This document shows, piece after piece, positions 1 through 10,959 of a stretch of 64,000 nucleotides of DNA. The stretch's first letter is position 1. The number at the start of each line of letters is the position of its first letter. Under the pieces are notes generated by a model. It did not search any database. It saw only the letters and a list, made by a program, of their open reading frames with translations, and had not been told where the DNA came from. The stretch is from an uncultured Prochlorococcus sp. (GTDB taxonomy: Bacteria; Cyanobacteriota; Cyanobacteriia; PCC-6307; Cyanobiaceae). The stretch covers positions 10,311 through 74,310 of the forward strand of contig CACCCI010000002.1 of assembly GCA_902544495.1 (NCBI GenBank), read 5' to 3'. The position numbers were made by a program, and so were the translations under genes.

Positions 1-426
1 CAAGTAATTTGTTGCCCTGAAAAAGATCAATTGCTTGTTGAAACATTAAGTATTGGTGCAATGGGGGTGAATTCTGCAATGGAATTTTTCAGGAGAAGAC
101 GAAATATGGCTGTAGTTACTGGAGCTGATAGAACTGATATCCAACTTGCTGCTTTGGAGGCTTCGACTCAATGCCTTATTTTGACTGGTTTAGGAGATCC
201 TTTGTCACAATTGATTCATAGAGCGGAGGAATTGGAGGTACCAATTTTAAAGGTGGAATTAGATACTCTTTCCTCCGTAGAAATTATTGAACAAGCTTTT
301 GGACATGTCAGAATACATGAATCAATTAAAGCTTCTTATGCTATTCAATTAGTTCAAGAGCATGTAAATCTAAAAAGAATTCTCCAAAAGATAGATTTTC
401 CCTGCAATTTTTCAGATAAATGCTAA
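1..426 (+). CDS. DRTGG-domain phosphotransacetylase-family protein, 3' part (starts before window)
   Basis: Frame open from base 1; VVTGADRTDIQLAALE...LILTG is a DRTGG-domain signature. Confidence 0.8.
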   Translation, partial: QVICCPEKDQLLVETLSIGAMGVNSAMEFFRRRRNMAVVTGADRTDIQLAALEASTQCLILTGLGDPLSQLIHRAEELEVPILKVELDTLSSVEIIEQAFGHVRIHESIKASYAIQLVQEHVNLKRILQKIDFPCNFSDKC

Positions 427-451
427 TTTCAAATATAGGAACATTATTATT

Positions 452-964
452 TTGAGTCGCTCTTTAGATCTACCAGCAACTGAAGGTGTTGATGCCTTAG
501 CTCAAGAACTTGCAAAACTCCAAGATAATGGGAAAAGGAGAATTGCTATTTTAGGTACTAGACACGTACCAGTTGTAGATATTCACTTAATTGAGTTGAT
601 TGCAAGGTCTTTAGCAGAGGAAGGACATAATATCCTCACGTCTGGATCTCAAGGTGTCAATTCAGCGGTTATTCGAGCTGTTTTAGATATTAATCCATCA
701 TTATTAACCGTTTTATTACCGCAAAGTCTTGATAGACAAATACCCGAAATAAAGGATCAACTTGAGAGGGTTATGCATTTGGTTGAAAAAAGTGAAAATG
801 ATGAATTACCTTTGCCACTTGCAAGTAGTCTTTGTAATCAAGAAATTATTACTAGGTGCGATCAATTAATATGCTTTGCCTTTCACGATAGTGAAACTTT
901 ACTAAATAGTTGTAGATGTGCTGAAGAAATGGGCAAATTGGTTAGTTTGTTATTTTTTGATTAA
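452..964 (+). CDS. DprA/Smf-like (SLOG superfamily) Rossmann protein
   Basis: IAILGTR, ILTSGSQGVNSAV and NQEII motifs resemble the DprA/SLOG core; only 170 aa. Confidence 0.65.
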   Translation: MSRSLDLPATEGVDALAQELAKLQDNGKRRIAILGTRHVPVVDIHLIELIARSLAEEGHNILTSGSQGVNSAVIRAVLDINPSLLTVLLPQSLDRQIPEIKDQLERVMHLVEKSENDELPLPLASSLCNQEIITRCDQLICFAFHDSETLLNSCRCAEEMGKLVSLLFFD

Positions 965-1030
965 ATTAACCCATTTCCCCTTATTAAAAATTGATTTATG
1001 CTAATAATATTTAGCGTTTAATAATTTACT

Positions 1031-1528
1031 ATGGCAGAAAGTTTCTCATTTGATGTAGTTTCTGATTTTGATAGACAAGAATTAGTCAATACTTTGGATC
1101 AAGTTAAAAGGGAAATTGCTCAACGTTACGATTTGAAGAGCACGGATACTTCAGTTGAATTAGATAAAGAAAATATTTTTATTATCACCAATAGCGAATT
1201 AACCTTAAATGCTGTAAGTGACATAATTAGACAAAAAGCAATAAAAAGAAACTTATCCTTAAAAATATTTGACTACGGTGAAATTGAAATGGTTAGCGGT
1301 AATAGAATTAAACAGACAATTTTATTAAAACAAGGAATTAAACAAGAAATTGCAAAAAAAATTAGTAAAAATATAAGAGATCAAATAAAAAAAATTAATG
1401 TCAGTATCAATGGAGAAACTCTCAGAGTAGCTAGCAAGAGTAAAAATGATCTTCAATTAGCAATTAAGCTTGTTAGTGACTTGGAAGAGTCTTTGAACAT
1501 TCCTCTAAAAGCTAATAACTTTAGATAA
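1031..1528 (+). CDS. yajQ: YajQ family nucleotide-binding protein
   Basis: SFDVVS...RYDLK N-terminus, C-terminal NFR. Confidence 0.9.
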   Translation: MAESFSFDVVSDFDRQELVNTLDQVKREIAQRYDLKSTDTSVELDKENIFIITNSELTLNAVSDIIRQKAIKRNLSLKIFDYGEIEMVSGNRIKQTILLKQGIKQEIAKKISKNIRDQIKKINVSINGETLRVASKSKNDLQLAIKLVSDLEESLNIPLKANNFR

Positions 1529-1555
1529 GATTTTTAGTAGGATTATTTTAAAAAT

Positions 1556-1765
1556 ATGGCAGATCATTCAGAATCTCTCATTAAATCACTTATTAAAAAG
1601 GTAAAAGAATATCCTCGTTTTTCAAAAGGAGAAATAGAGAAATTTTGTTGGATGGCGGTACATGAGCACAAGCATGGCGTTTTACCTTCTGAATATGACA
1701 TAAGGGAGATAGATGAGGATCTTTATTTAGAACTTTTACAAGAATTTAAATCAAATATCCACTAA
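1556..1765 (+). CDS. Small hypothetical protein (69 aa)
   Basis: ATG ORF co-oriented with neighbours, preceded by AGGA; HEHKHGVLPSEYDIRE core. Confidence 0.7.
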   Translation: MADHSESLIKSLIKKVKEYPRFSKGEIEKFCWMAVHEHKHGVLPSEYDIREIDEDLYLELLQEFKSNIH

Positions 1766-1873
1766 AAATATCTGTATTTAAATTCACAATTATTAAAAAA
1801 ATATTTTAATTAAATGTCTTATTAATGCACTAATTAGTCTATTTAAATATGATTAATTAAAAGAAAAAATTTA

Positions 1874-2677
1874 ATGTCTACATCCTTTAAAAATGTCACA
1901 CCAACAGGTCCTGGTGGGACGGCAACCCTTTTAATTGTATTGTCTTTTACTGGCTTTCTTTTACTTACCCAATCTCTTTTTGTTGTGCCTTCAGGACAAG
2001 TTGCAGTTGTTACAACATTAGGGAAAGTAAGTGGACCCTCTAGGAGAGCTGGTTTAAACTTTAAACTTCCATTTATTCAGTCTGTATATCCATTTGATAT
2101 AAAAACGCAAGTTCAACCTGAAAAATTTGAAACTTTAACTAAAGATCTTCAAGTTATTAGAGCTACTGCCACTGTTAAGTACTCAGTAAAACCTAACGAA
2201 GCAGGAAGAATTTTCGCAACAATTGCAAGCAGAAATAGCGATGTTTATCAGAAAATTGTTCAGCCATCTTTACTAAAAGCTCTTAAATCAGTTTTTTCTC
2301 AATATGAGCTAGAAACAATTGCTACTGAATTCGCAGTGATTTCTGAGAAAGTAGGAGATACTGTTGCAAAAGAACTTAATTCATTCGATTACGTAGATGT
2401 TAAAAGTTTAGATCTTACTGGATTAGAGATCGCTGAAGAATATAGAGCTGCTATTGAACAAAAGCAAATAGCTGGTCAACAATTACTTAGAGCAAAAACA
2501 GAAGTTGAAATTGCAGAACAAGAAGCACTTAGATATGAGACATTAAATAGAAGTCTCGACGATCAAGTACTTTTCAAATTATTTCTCGACAAATGGGATG
2601 GAAGTACACAGGTTGTTCCTGGCTTGCCAGGTTCAGAAGGAGGTACTCCCCCAGTAATAGTTGGTGGTAAAAGATAA
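1874..2677 (+). CDS. SPFH/Band 7 (prohibitin-like) membrane protein
   Basis: N-terminal TM helix, GLNFKLPFIQ, TKDLQ, AIEQKQIA, KWDG. Confidence 0.9.
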   Translation: MSTSFKNVTPTGPGGTATLLIVLSFTGFLLLTQSLFVVPSGQVAVVTTLGKVSGPSRRAGLNFKLPFIQSVYPFDIKTQVQPEKFETLTKDLQVIRATATVKYSVKPNEAGRIFATIASRNSDVYQKIVQPSLLKALKSVFSQYELETIATEFAVISEKVGDTVAKELNSFDYVDVKSLDLTGLEIAEEYRAAIEQKQIAGQQLLRAKTEVEIAEQEALRYETLNRSLDDQVLFKLFLDKWDGSTQVVPGLPGSEGGTPPVIVGGKR

Positions 2678-2748
2678 TTAATTTGGAAAGATATTTCTAA
2701 ACTTTTTAATCATTTACTTATCTTTCATGGAAGAAAATAAGTAAATGA

Positions 2749-4050
2749 TTATTTTTTAATTGCATTAAAAGATTCGTCAAAAGCTTCAATGGTTTTATCA
2801 ATTTCTTCTTCGCTGTGAGCTAGTGATGTAAAACCGGCTTCGAAAGGACTTGGTGCTAGGTAAATTCCTCGTGAAAGCATTTCTCTATGCAACTTACCAA
2901 AAAGTTCGGCATCATTTGTTTTGGCTTCATCAAAGTTCCTAACTGGTCCATCGCATAAGAAAAATCCAAACATAGCGCTTACACTTCCACCGTTAATAGC
3001 AATACCGTTATTTTCTGCAGACTGAATTATTCCTTCAATTAATCTAGAAGTTGTTGAATCAAGCTTATCGTACGTACCATCTTGTTTGAGCAGTTCAAGA
3101 GTTTTTATTCCAGCAGTCATTGCGAGTGGATTGCCGCTCAAAGTACCTGCTTGGTATACCGACCCTGAAGGGGCTACCATTGACATTATTTCTTTCTTGC
3201 CTCCATAAGCTCCAACAGGAAGGCCTCCACCAATTACTTTCCCAAGGGTTGTTAAATCAGGAGTAACCCCAAACTTTTCTTGAGCTCCTCCATAACTTAT
3301 TCTGAAACCAGTCATTACTTCGTCAAAAACTAATAAGGATCCATTCTCAGTGGTTAATTCTCTTAATCCTTCTAAGAATCCAGGCTCTGGAGTAATAAAT
3401 CCAGCATTACCAACGATAGGCTCAAGAATAACTCCTGAAATGGCATCAGGATTTTCAGAGAATAATTTTTTTACTGCTTCAAGGTCATTGTAGGGAGCAG
3501 TAAGTGTGTTGGCAGTTGTTGTTCTTGGAACACCTGGAGAATCTGGCAAACCCAGAGTGGCCACACCTGATCCTGCTTTTACTAAAAACATATCTGCATG
3601 ACCGTGATAACAACCGTCAAATTTAATAACTTTATCTCTTCCAGTAAATGCTCGCATAAGTCTCAAAACAGCCATGCATGCTTCAGTTCCACTATTGACA
3701 AATCTAACCATTTCTACAGATGGGACTGCATCTATTACCATTTCAGCAAGTTGGTTTTCTAGAACGCATGGAGCACCAAAGCTAGTGCCTTTCTCAATTG
3801 CCTCCTGTAATGCAGTTGTAACTTCAGGGTGGGCATGTCCACATATAGCAGGTCCCCAGCTGCCTATGTAATCAATATATCTATTTCCATCAACATCCCA
3901 AGCAAAAGGACCTTTGACTCTATCAAAAACAATTGGCTGGCCTCCTACAGACTTAAAAGCTCTTACTGGAGAACTTACTCCTCCTGGCATTAGTTGTTGG
4001 GCGGCAGAGAAAATTTTTTCTGATTTTGTGTAATTTAATATGTCAGTCAC
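2749..4050 (-). CDS. hemL: Glutamate-1-semialdehyde 2,1-aminomutase
   Basis: [33 protein letters not shown]. Confidence 0.97.
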   Translation of the reverse strand: MTDILNYTKSEKIFSAAQQLMPGGVSSPVRAFKSVGGQPIVFDRVKGPFAWDVDGNRYIDYIGSWGPAICGHAHPEVTTALQEAIEKGTSFGAPCVLENQLAEMVIDAVPSVEMVRFVNSGTEACMAVLRLMRAFTGRDKVIKFDGCYHGHADMFLVKAGSGVATLGLPDSPGVPRTTTANTLTAPYNDLEAVKKLFSENPDAISGVILEPIVGNAGFITPEPGFLEGLRELTTENGSLLVFDEVMTGFRISYGGAQEKFGVTPDLTTLGKVIGGGLPVGAYGGKKEIMSMVAPSGSVYQAGTLSGNPLAMTAGIKTLELLKQDGTYDKLDSTTSRLIEGIIQSAENNGIAINGGSVSAMFGFFLCDGPVRNFDEAKTNDAELFGKLHREMLSRGIYLAPSPFEAGFTSLAHSEEEIDKTIEAFDESFNAIKK

Positions 4051-4276
4051 AATTTAGCTAAATGATGTTTTGAGAAAAATCTAGTCATGTTCTAAATTAG
4101 AAATAAGTAAAAATTTTGTCAATCAGATTGAAACTCTACACTATGATAATTTTATTGCGATAGTTTGGATTGTAAATTATTAATTTTAAAGAAATCATGA
4201 AAAAAAACAATATTACTCTAGATAACTCTTTATTAATAAGCGTTTTCAAGCATTAAAGAAATTCAATTTATTTTTT

Positions 4277-5122
4277 TTATATTTCGAAGAAATTATCCTC
4301 ATCCTCAAAAAAATCTGCATTTATTTCGTTTAAGTTAAGATCTATCATTACTGGGGCATGATCACTTGGACGCAAATTACCTCTAGGAGAGCTGTCTATG
4401 ACACAACTTTTAAGTTTTGGTGACAGTTCTTTGCTGATATATATATGGTCTATTCTCCAACCTTTATTTAATTCATATCCGTTGTTACGGTAATCCCACC
4501 AACTCCAATGGCCAGTATTTTGTTCATAAATCCTGAAAGAATCTATTAATCTTTTTTTCAGAACATTATTTAGTGCACTTCTCTCTATCTCAGATGCCAT
4601 TATTCCTCCTTCATATTTCTTTGGATCATGAATATCTAAGTTAGATGGAGCAATATTAAAATCACCCATAAGACAAATTAATTCTCCTTTTTTTTCTTGC
4701 TCATCCAAAAATAAAGCTAAACAATTTAACCAATTAATTTTGTACTCGAACTTACTAGATTCTAGAGAAGATCCATTTGGAACATAGACATTTATGATTT
4801 TAATGCCATTAATATCAGCAGAAATCAATCTTTTTTGATCTTGGAAAATTTCGATATTTTGAGTAGGGTCATTACAACCATAGAATCCTTTTTTAACATT
4901 TTCAGGCTTTATTTTGGAAATAATAGCTACACCATTGTATGATTTTTGTCCATAGATCTCTACTGAGTATCCTAATTTTTCAAAAGGTTCAATAGGGAAA
5001 CTATCGTCCATCACTTTTGTTTCCTGCAAACATAGAATATCTGGATTGGATTGATTAATCCAATCTAATATTTGTGAAAGTCTGGTTCTTATAGAGTTAA
5101 CATTCCAAGTTGCTATTAACAA
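4277..5122 (-). CDS. xth: Exodeoxyribonuclease III
   Basis: ATWNVNSIR, LQETK, GDFNIA, RIDH, SDHAP. Confidence 0.95.
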   Translation of the reverse strand: MLIATWNVNSIRTRLSQILDWINQSNPDILCLQETKVMDDSFPIEPFEKLGYSVEIYGQKSYNGVAIISKIKPENVKKGFYGCNDPTQNIEIFQDQKRLISADINGIKIINVYVPNGSSLESSKFEYKINWLNCLALFLDEQEKKGELICLMGDFNIAPSNLDIHDPKKYEGGIMASEIERSALNNVLKKRLIDSFRIYEQNTGHWSWWDYRNNGYELNKGWRIDHIYISKELSPKLKSCVIDSSPRGNLRPSDHAPVMIDLNLNEINADFFEDEDNFFEI

Positions 5123-5179
5123 ATTTCTACCAAATTATGTAAAATTAAATTAGCAAGAAATCTTTCGTGTTAAAGAATT

Positions 5180-5488
5180 TTGAAATTAAATAAAATGAAA
5201 AATTACTTTTGCAAAAACGTTTTTAAACCAATTACGGTTGTAATTTTTTTTACTTTACTAATTCCCTTAAAAAGTGATTACCTAAATGCTGAATATTTAT
5301 TTGAAGAATTAGAAATCGATACCTCAACTAAAACAGAAGATGATAGTTCAGCTCTTCCAACTAATCCTTTTGAACTTGTGGAAATGATTCGGAGACAAAA
5401 TAGTTTGAATTATGCGACTGATCCTTCTGATGCAATTGATGATGCGTTAAGGTCTTTTAATAGTTTGGAGGAAAATTTAGAAATTTAA
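5180..5488 (+). CDS. Hypothetical exported protein (start may be ATG 5195)
   Basis: Signal-peptide-like N-terminus; acidic C-terminus NPFELVEMIRR...AIDDALRSF. Confidence 0.65.
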   Translation: MKLNKMKNYFCKNVFKPITVVIFFTLLIPLKSDYLNAEYLFEELEIDTSTKTEDDSSALPTNPFELVEMIRRQNSLNYATDPSDAIDDALRSFNSLEENLEI

Positions 5489-5519
5489 TACGCTAAATTG
5501 TTATTCTCAAATTTTCAAT

Positions 5520-6119
5520 ATGTTAAAAAACCCTATCCCAAAAGTTACTAACCAATTACAGCACAGAGCAATCGGTATTATTAATGCTAAATTTACTCCT
5601 ATTACTAATGAGCAATTAAATAGAGGCTTTTTAATTGACAACAAAGACGAAAAAATTGAAACAGTAGTTCTTGGCAAAGCATTATCACTTTTAAAAAAGC
5701 ATATTGATTTAAAGAAAAGTTATTATTGGATTGTTTATCCAAAGAATAAAAATACTCAAAACTTGCATTTACAGGTTGCAGGCATATGGGATCCCTATCA
5801 ACTGAATGATTTCCCCAATGATTCTTCAAAAACTAACTTCTCAAAATTATTAGAAGAATTAGATCTAAAAGATAATTATTTTTCTGTTAGAGGAGAATTA
5901 GTTTTTGTTAACACTCATAATAAAGAAATTGTTATTAAAATCTGCCCTACTATAAAGTCAAAAAATTTAAAAAATAAAAATTTTAAATTAGCTATAAAAG
6001 GAGAGCTTTCTCTTGAACTTTTGCATAGCTTCGTAAGTTTAGATATCAACAGAGAAGGAAATTCTTTGCAATTAATGAAGTACGAAGTGATTGAAAAAAA
6101 TCTTTCTAAAAATAACTAG
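5520..6119 (+). CDS. Hypothetical protein
   Basis: 199-aa ATG ORF co-oriented with larC; YWIVYP and LQVAGIW motifs. Confidence 0.7.
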   Translation: MLKNPIPKVTNQLQHRAIGIINAKFTPITNEQLNRGFLIDNKDEKIETVVLGKALSLLKKHIDLKKSYYWIVYPKNKNTQNLHLQVAGIWDPYQLNDFPNDSSKTNFSKLLEELDLKDNYFSVRGELVFVNTHNKEIVIKICPTIKSKNLKNKNFKLAIKGELSLELLHSFVSLDINREGNSLQLMKYEVIEKNLSKNN

Positions 6120-6170
6120 AATGAAAGGTTGATTTCACCGCAATTTTACCAGTTAAGAAATCTTTGATTT

Positions 6171-7403
6171 ATGGATGATGTTTTAATTGAATGTTCTCCT
6201 GGTATTTCTGGAGATATGTTATTAGGAGCTTTTTATGATTTAGGGGTGCCTAAAAAAGTTATTGAACAGCCACTTATTGATCTGGGATTAAAGGATCTAT
6301 ATCAACTAGACTTTAAGGAATCAAAAAGTTGTTCAATCCGAGGCATCAAGGCAAAAGTTGAGAATATTGACTGCAATCCTATTAAAAGAACATGGAGAAG
6401 TATCAAGGAACTTATTTTAAATGGCCACTTAGAAGATAAATTAAAAAAAATAATTTATGAAGTATTTGAATCTTTAGCAATTGCGGAAGGAAAAGTTCAT
6501 GGCATTAAATCTGATGAAGTTCATTTTCATGAAATTGGAGCTATAGATTCACTGGTCGATATAATTGGAGTATGTGCTGCATTGAATTACTTAAATCCAA
6601 AGAAGGTTTATTGTAATGAACCAATGTTGGGGAAAGGTTTTGTTCAAACTGAACATGGAAAATTATCTGTACCACCTCCTGCTGTAATAGAGCTAATAAG
6701 ACAAAAAAAAATTAAGGTTTTATCAAACCGTGACTTTATAGAGGGTGAACTCTCCACACCAACTGGTATTGCTTTACTTGCTAATTTAGTCGACTATCGA
6801 GAATCTCCTTTAAAATTTTCTATTAACTCTTATGGAGTAGGCATTGGTAACCTAAAATTTCCATTTCCTAATTTGGTGAGAGTTTATAAAATTACTTCAT
6901 TTGAGGATTCTTCCATAAAAGATAATGAACTTATTAGTCCAAAGTGTGAAGAGATATCTATTCAAGAAGCATGGATTGATGATCAAACACCCGAAGATAT
7001 ATCTAATTTTGTGGAGAAACTGAGAATTGAGGGGGCTTACGACGTTTCTTATCAAGCTATTAATATGAAAAAAAATAGGATTGGATTTTCTATTCAAGCG
7101 ATCTTGCCCATTGAGAAAAAAGAACATTTTAGACGCTTATGGTTTGATTATTCCAGCACAATTGGGGTTCGTGAAAGGACCCAATCTAGGTGGATATTAC
7201 TTAGACGCAGGGGGGAATGTTCAACGACTTTTGGAAATATAAAAGTTAAACAAACTTTGAAACCTGATGGATCAATAAATATGAAACCAGAAAATGATGA
7301 GGTTTTGAGATTAATGTTAAAGCATCAAATATCAACTTACGAAATAAGAAAAATAATAAAGGAGTCAAGTAAGAAATTCAAAGCATTTGAAAACTGGAAA
7401 TGA
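6171..7403 (+). CDS. larC: LarC family nickel-insertion protein
   Basis: GISGDMLLGA, VHFHEIGAIDSLVDI, HGKLSVPPPA, TPTG, MKKNR. Confidence 0.9.
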   Translation: MDDVLIECSPGISGDMLLGAFYDLGVPKKVIEQPLIDLGLKDLYQLDFKESKSCSIRGIKAKVENIDCNPIKRTWRSIKELILNGHLEDKLKKIIYEVFESLAIAEGKVHGIKSDEVHFHEIGAIDSLVDIIGVCAALNYLNPKKVYCNEPMLGKGFVQTEHGKLSVPPPAVIELIRQKKIKVLSNRDFIEGELSTPTGIALLANLVDYRESPLKFSINSYGVGIGNLKFPFPNLVRVYKITSFEDSSIKDNELISPKCEEISIQEAWIDDQTPEDISNFVEKLRIEGAYDVSYQAINMKKNRIGFSIQAILPIEKKEHFRRLWFDYSSTIGVRERTQSRWILLRRRGECSTTFGNIKVKQTLKPDGSINMKPENDEVLRLMLKHQISTYEIRKIIKESSKKFKAFENWK

Positions 7404-8356
7404 GATTTAATACAAATAATCAACCATATTTCAAATCCCTTAAAAAAATAAATTTTGGTGGATTAAAGAGTATTTTCTTTATTTCAAGCTTGTCATATTT
7501 TTGCATTTATTTTTTTGAAAATATTGATCAAATTTCTTTTGATATTAATTTAGAAAGAGATGGAATTTATCTATTTTTATCTTTTTTATTTTGTGTTTTA
7601 AGTATTTACCTGAACGCTTATGCATGGAAATATATCGTTAAATGGTTCGGGAAAGAGTTTAAAAGTAATAATCTAGTCTCTTTTTATGTTTTAACAAATA
7701 TACTTAAATACGTTCCAGGAGGAATTTGGCATTTTGTAGAAAGATTTAATTTTATAAAAAAAATAAGTAATCCTCAGATTGCTTTTTATTCGACTTTAAT
7801 AGAACCTTATTTTATGTTGAGTGGATCTTTTATATTGGCATCACTGGGATTAATTTTTTCTCCAATTTATTTTTTTTTAATTTTCCCTTTGGTATTTTTA
7901 AACAGAAAATTAATTTATTTTATATTAAAAAGAATAGGGTCTATTAAAGGAAAAGTATTTGAGGTTTTGAAACTTCCAAATTCAAAAGACCAATTTGAAA
8001 AGAGAATAAACATAATTTCTTTTTTCCCTACTAGAGCTTTAATACTTGAAATTGGGTTTGTTTTATCTAAATTTATCGGTTTTTATATTTGCTTAAATAC
8101 TTTTTATATAAGTAATACTTTGAATAGCATATTTTTATTAGTAATCTTTTCTTTGTCATGGTCTTTAGGATTGGTAGTGCCTACGGCCCCTGGAGGAGTA
8201 GGTGTTTTTGAGGCCTGCTTCCTTTTTTTTGTTGGCAAAAGTATTCCACAAAATATAATTATCATTTGCTTAATTTATTTTAGGGTTATATCAACCTCGG
8301 CAGATTTGATGTTAAGCTTACCTTTCTTAATAAAAAAACTATCTAAAAGAATTTAG
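7400..8356 (+). CDS. Lysylphosphatidylglycerol synthase-like (UPF0104) integral membrane protein
   Basis: Multiple TM helices; KYVPGGIW, PGGVGVFE, IYFR. Confidence 0.75.
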   Translation: MRFNTNNQPYFKSLKKINFGGLKSIFFISSLSYFCIYFFENIDQISFDINLERDGIYLFLSFLFCVLSIYLNAYAWKYIVKWFGKEFKSNNLVSFYVLTNILKYVPGGIWHFVERFNFIKKISNPQIAFYSTLIEPYFMLSGSFILASLGLIFSPIYFFLIFPLVFLNRKLIYFILKRIGSIKGKVFEVLKLPNSKDQFEKRINIISFFPTRALILEIGFVLSKFIGFYICLNTFYISNTLNSIFLLVIFSLSWSLGLVVPTAPGGVGVFEACFLFFVGKSIPQNIIIICLIYFRVISTSADLMLSLPFLIKKLSKRI

Positions 8357-9891
8357 TTTTTTTTCTCTAAATTTGGTATTAATGTCATTGATGCGATAAG
8401 GCCTAAAGTCATAATAAGAATAGCTGGTAATATTGCTTCTACCATTCTTTCATCTCCAGCATATTGATAAATTCTCACAGATAATGTATCAAAATCGAAT
8501 GGTCTTAAAATAAAGGTTATGGGTAATTCCTTTATCGTGTCTACAAAAACTAAAAGTGAGCCTACGAATATTGGTCCCTGGAGAAGAGGTAGATGAATTC
8601 TTTTGATGATGCCAAGCCAATCCTCTCCTAGTCCAAGTGCTGCTTCATCAAGATTTGGAGAGATTCTCTCAAGACTTGAATCAATAGAACCCTTAGAAAT
8701 AGTTAGAAATCTGACAAGATAACCCCAAATTAGTAGACAAATAGCGATGAAATTAAATCTTGAAGAAGAAATGCTTATTAAAGATAAAGCTAATACAGTG
8801 CCTGGAATTGCATAACCTATTCCCGCAAGGTTTGTCATTATTCCTAGTAATAAGCTTTTATTTGGGCGTCTGGCTAAGGAAATTATTAGAGAGAATAGCA
8901 TCGTTATTAATGCAGTAAAAAATCCTAGACTTATTGTTCTAAATGATAAGGTAAGTAATTCTATAGATAATCCTTTTTGAATTTGATCGATATTGAGCAG
9001 AACCCAAAAACAAGGAACTCCAAAAGAGAAAACTGGAGGAAATAACGATATGGTTATTGCTAAAAGAGCTCTGGTTTTTTTTAATTCCCAACCTTGAGAA
9101 TCTTTTGATGCAGGATTTTCACTCCACCTCTTTGATTTTCTTCTGGAGAATTTTTCAAAAATAATTAAAGTGAAAATGATTAATAAGGCTACCAAAGAAA
9201 GTCCAATAGCACTTTTTGGATTACCCTCAATTATCCAATTTTCGGCTATACCTGTAGAAATACTTGGAATATTTAATAATGCAAATGTACCTAACTCATT
9301 CATTACTTCCATACACATCAAACTGATTCCTGTTATTAGTGCTGGTAACGCCATTGGAAAAGCGATTTTAAAGAAGCTCCTCCATGGCCCAACTCCTAAT
9401 CCTCTACTTGCATTGATTTGATTGACTCCAAATTTATTAAAACTTTCGTTAGCAAGAATGAATACATATGGATAAGTAGAGATTGAAAGTATTAATACCC
9501 CCCACCATAAACCTGTTACTTGATATCCAAAAATACTTCCCAAATCCTGTAAAACAGCTGTCATTAAATATGCTGGGGCAGCAAGTGGAACTAGCTGACA
9601 AATTCGGAGAACTTTTCTGAACTTAAAATCACAATTTGAAAGTAACCATCCATTTAAAGTGCCTAATCCTCCTCCAAAAAAACTTGTTAGTACTAAAACT
9701 TTTAAAGTTTCTAATACCTCTTCTCCTCCAGTAATGCCTAATGAAAAATTCCCACTTACAACATATTGGACTCCTTCAAGAAGAAAATTGGAGATTGGAA
9801 TGATTACTAAAAGTGCGACAATAAACGAAGTAAAATAAAAAAGTTTTAATTCGGTTAATGGCTTTTTAAATCCTTTAATAAGTATTTTCAA
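8353..9891 (-). CDS. futB: Fe(III) ABC transporter permease
   Basis: Two EAA-type loops (NASRGLG, EAALGLG), YPYVF, FDTLSVRIYQYAGDER. Confidence 0.9.
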   Translation of the reverse strand: MKILIKGFKKPLTELKLFYFTSFIVALLVIIPISNFLLEGVQYVVSGNFSLGITGGEEVLETLKVLVLTSFFGGGLGTLNGWLLSNCDFKFRKVLRICQLVPLAAPAYLMTAVLQDLGSIFGYQVTGLWWGVLILSISTYPYVFILANESFNKFGVNQINASRGLGVGPWRSFFKIAFPMALPALITGISLMCMEVMNELGTFALLNIPSISTGIAENWIIEGNPKSAIGLSLVALLIIFTLIIFEKFSRRKSKRWSENPASKDSQGWELKKTRALLAITISLFPPVFSFGVPCFWVLLNIDQIQKGLSIELLTLSFRTISLGFFTALITMLFSLIISLARRPNKSLLLGIMTNLAGIGYAIPGTVLALSLISISSSRFNFIAICLLIWGYLVRFLTISKGSIDSSLERISPNLDEAALGLGEDWLGIIKRIHLPLLQGPIFVGSLLVFVDTIKELPITFILRPFDFDTLSVRIYQYAGDERMVEAILPAILIMTLGLIASMTLIPNLEKKN

Positions 9892-9919
9892 AAATTAATT
9901 AAATCCTAATATGTAAACA

Positions 9920-10930
9920 CTAATCTGTACTAAATCTACATGATGAAAGTTGATTCTTAATAGTTTGATGATCTAAGTTTTTACCAATTAATACTATCTT
10001 GTTAGATTTTTCTTTTGTCCATTCTTCATCATCTAGAGAAAATCGTTTTCCAGATAGGTGAAAAATGTGTTTTCTATCACTTTCCATAAACCACAATATT
10101 CCTTTCGCCCTAAATACATTTTGCGAGATTTGATTATCTAAGAAATATTGAAACTTCCTTAAGGAGAATGGTTCAAATGTCTCATATGAAACTGAGGTAA
10201 AACCCTCGATATTATTGATCAAATCGTGGGAATGAGAAGAGTGATCGTGGGAATGAGAAGAGTGATCGTGGGAATGAGAAGAGTGATCGTGATTTTTTTT
10301 ATTTTTCTCTAATTCAAAAGTATCCGTCTCAAATAGACCCACACTCATTATTGTATGTAATGCAACTTCACTATTAGTTGATCTCAAAATCCTTGGTTCT
10401 TTTTTTATTTTATTTATAAACTCCTCTATTTTCTTTAATTGTTTTTCATTTACTAAGTCAGATTTATTAAGAAGAAGGATATCTCCGTATAAAATTTGAG
10501 AATAGGCGACACTTGTATTATCAATTTCAAAATCAAAATTTTCTCCATCAATGACAGTTATTATCGAATCTAATCTTACATTTTCTCTTAGATCACCAGC
10601 CGCAAAAGTCATGGCTACTGGTAATGGATCCGCTAATCCAGTTGTTTCAACAATCAAATAGTCTAATTTTTCAGCTCTTTCTAAAACTTTGGATACGGTA
10701 TTTAATAATTCGCCATTGATAGAGCAACATATACATCCATTATTTAATTCGATCATATCTTCTGAGCCTTCTATTATTAAGTCATTATCTATTCCGATTT
10801 CTCCAAATTCGTTGACTAAAACAGCTGTTTTAATACCAACTTGATTTTTTAAAATATGATTTAGAAGTGTAGTTTTGCCAGAACCTAAAAATCCACTAAT
10901 AATAGTAACTGGCAATAAATTTTTAGACAT
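9920..10930 (-). CDS. CobW/COG0523 G3E GTPase metallochaperone
   Basis: GFLGSGKTT, GCICC, ETTGLADP, NKSD, His-rich insert, RAKG. Confidence 0.93.
   Translation of the reverse strand: MSKNLLPVTIISGFLGSGKTTLLNHILKNQVGIKTAVLVNEFGEIGIDNDLIIEGSEDMIELNNGCICCSINGELLNTVSKVLERAEKLDYLIVETTGLADPLPVAMTFAAGDLRENVRLDSIITVIDGENFDFEIDNTSVAYSQILYGDILLLNKSDLVNEKQLKKIEEFINKIKKEPRILRSTNSEVALHTIMSVGLFETDTFELEKNKKNHDHSSHSHDHSSHSHDHSSHSHDLINNIEGFTSVSYETFEPFSLRKFQYFLDNQISQNVFRAKGILWFMESDRKHIFHLSGKRFSLDDEEWTKEKSNKIVLIGKNLDHQTIKNQLSSCRFSTD
10223..10291. repeat. Perfect 21-bp tandem repeat, 3.3 copies, encoding HDHSSHS
   Basis: ATCGTGGGAATGAGAAGAGTG at 10223, 10244, 10265 plus partial ATCGTG at 10286. Confidence 0.95.
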
Positions 10931-10959
10931 TTTGAATAGTTGAAAACAAGTTTATATTT

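Noticed and set aside
7214-7224. 11-nt core of the 14-mer (GGAATGTTCAA) inside larC
   Set aside because: Coding, wrong orientation to be a target of the candidate RNA, and lacks the ACA end; treated as chance
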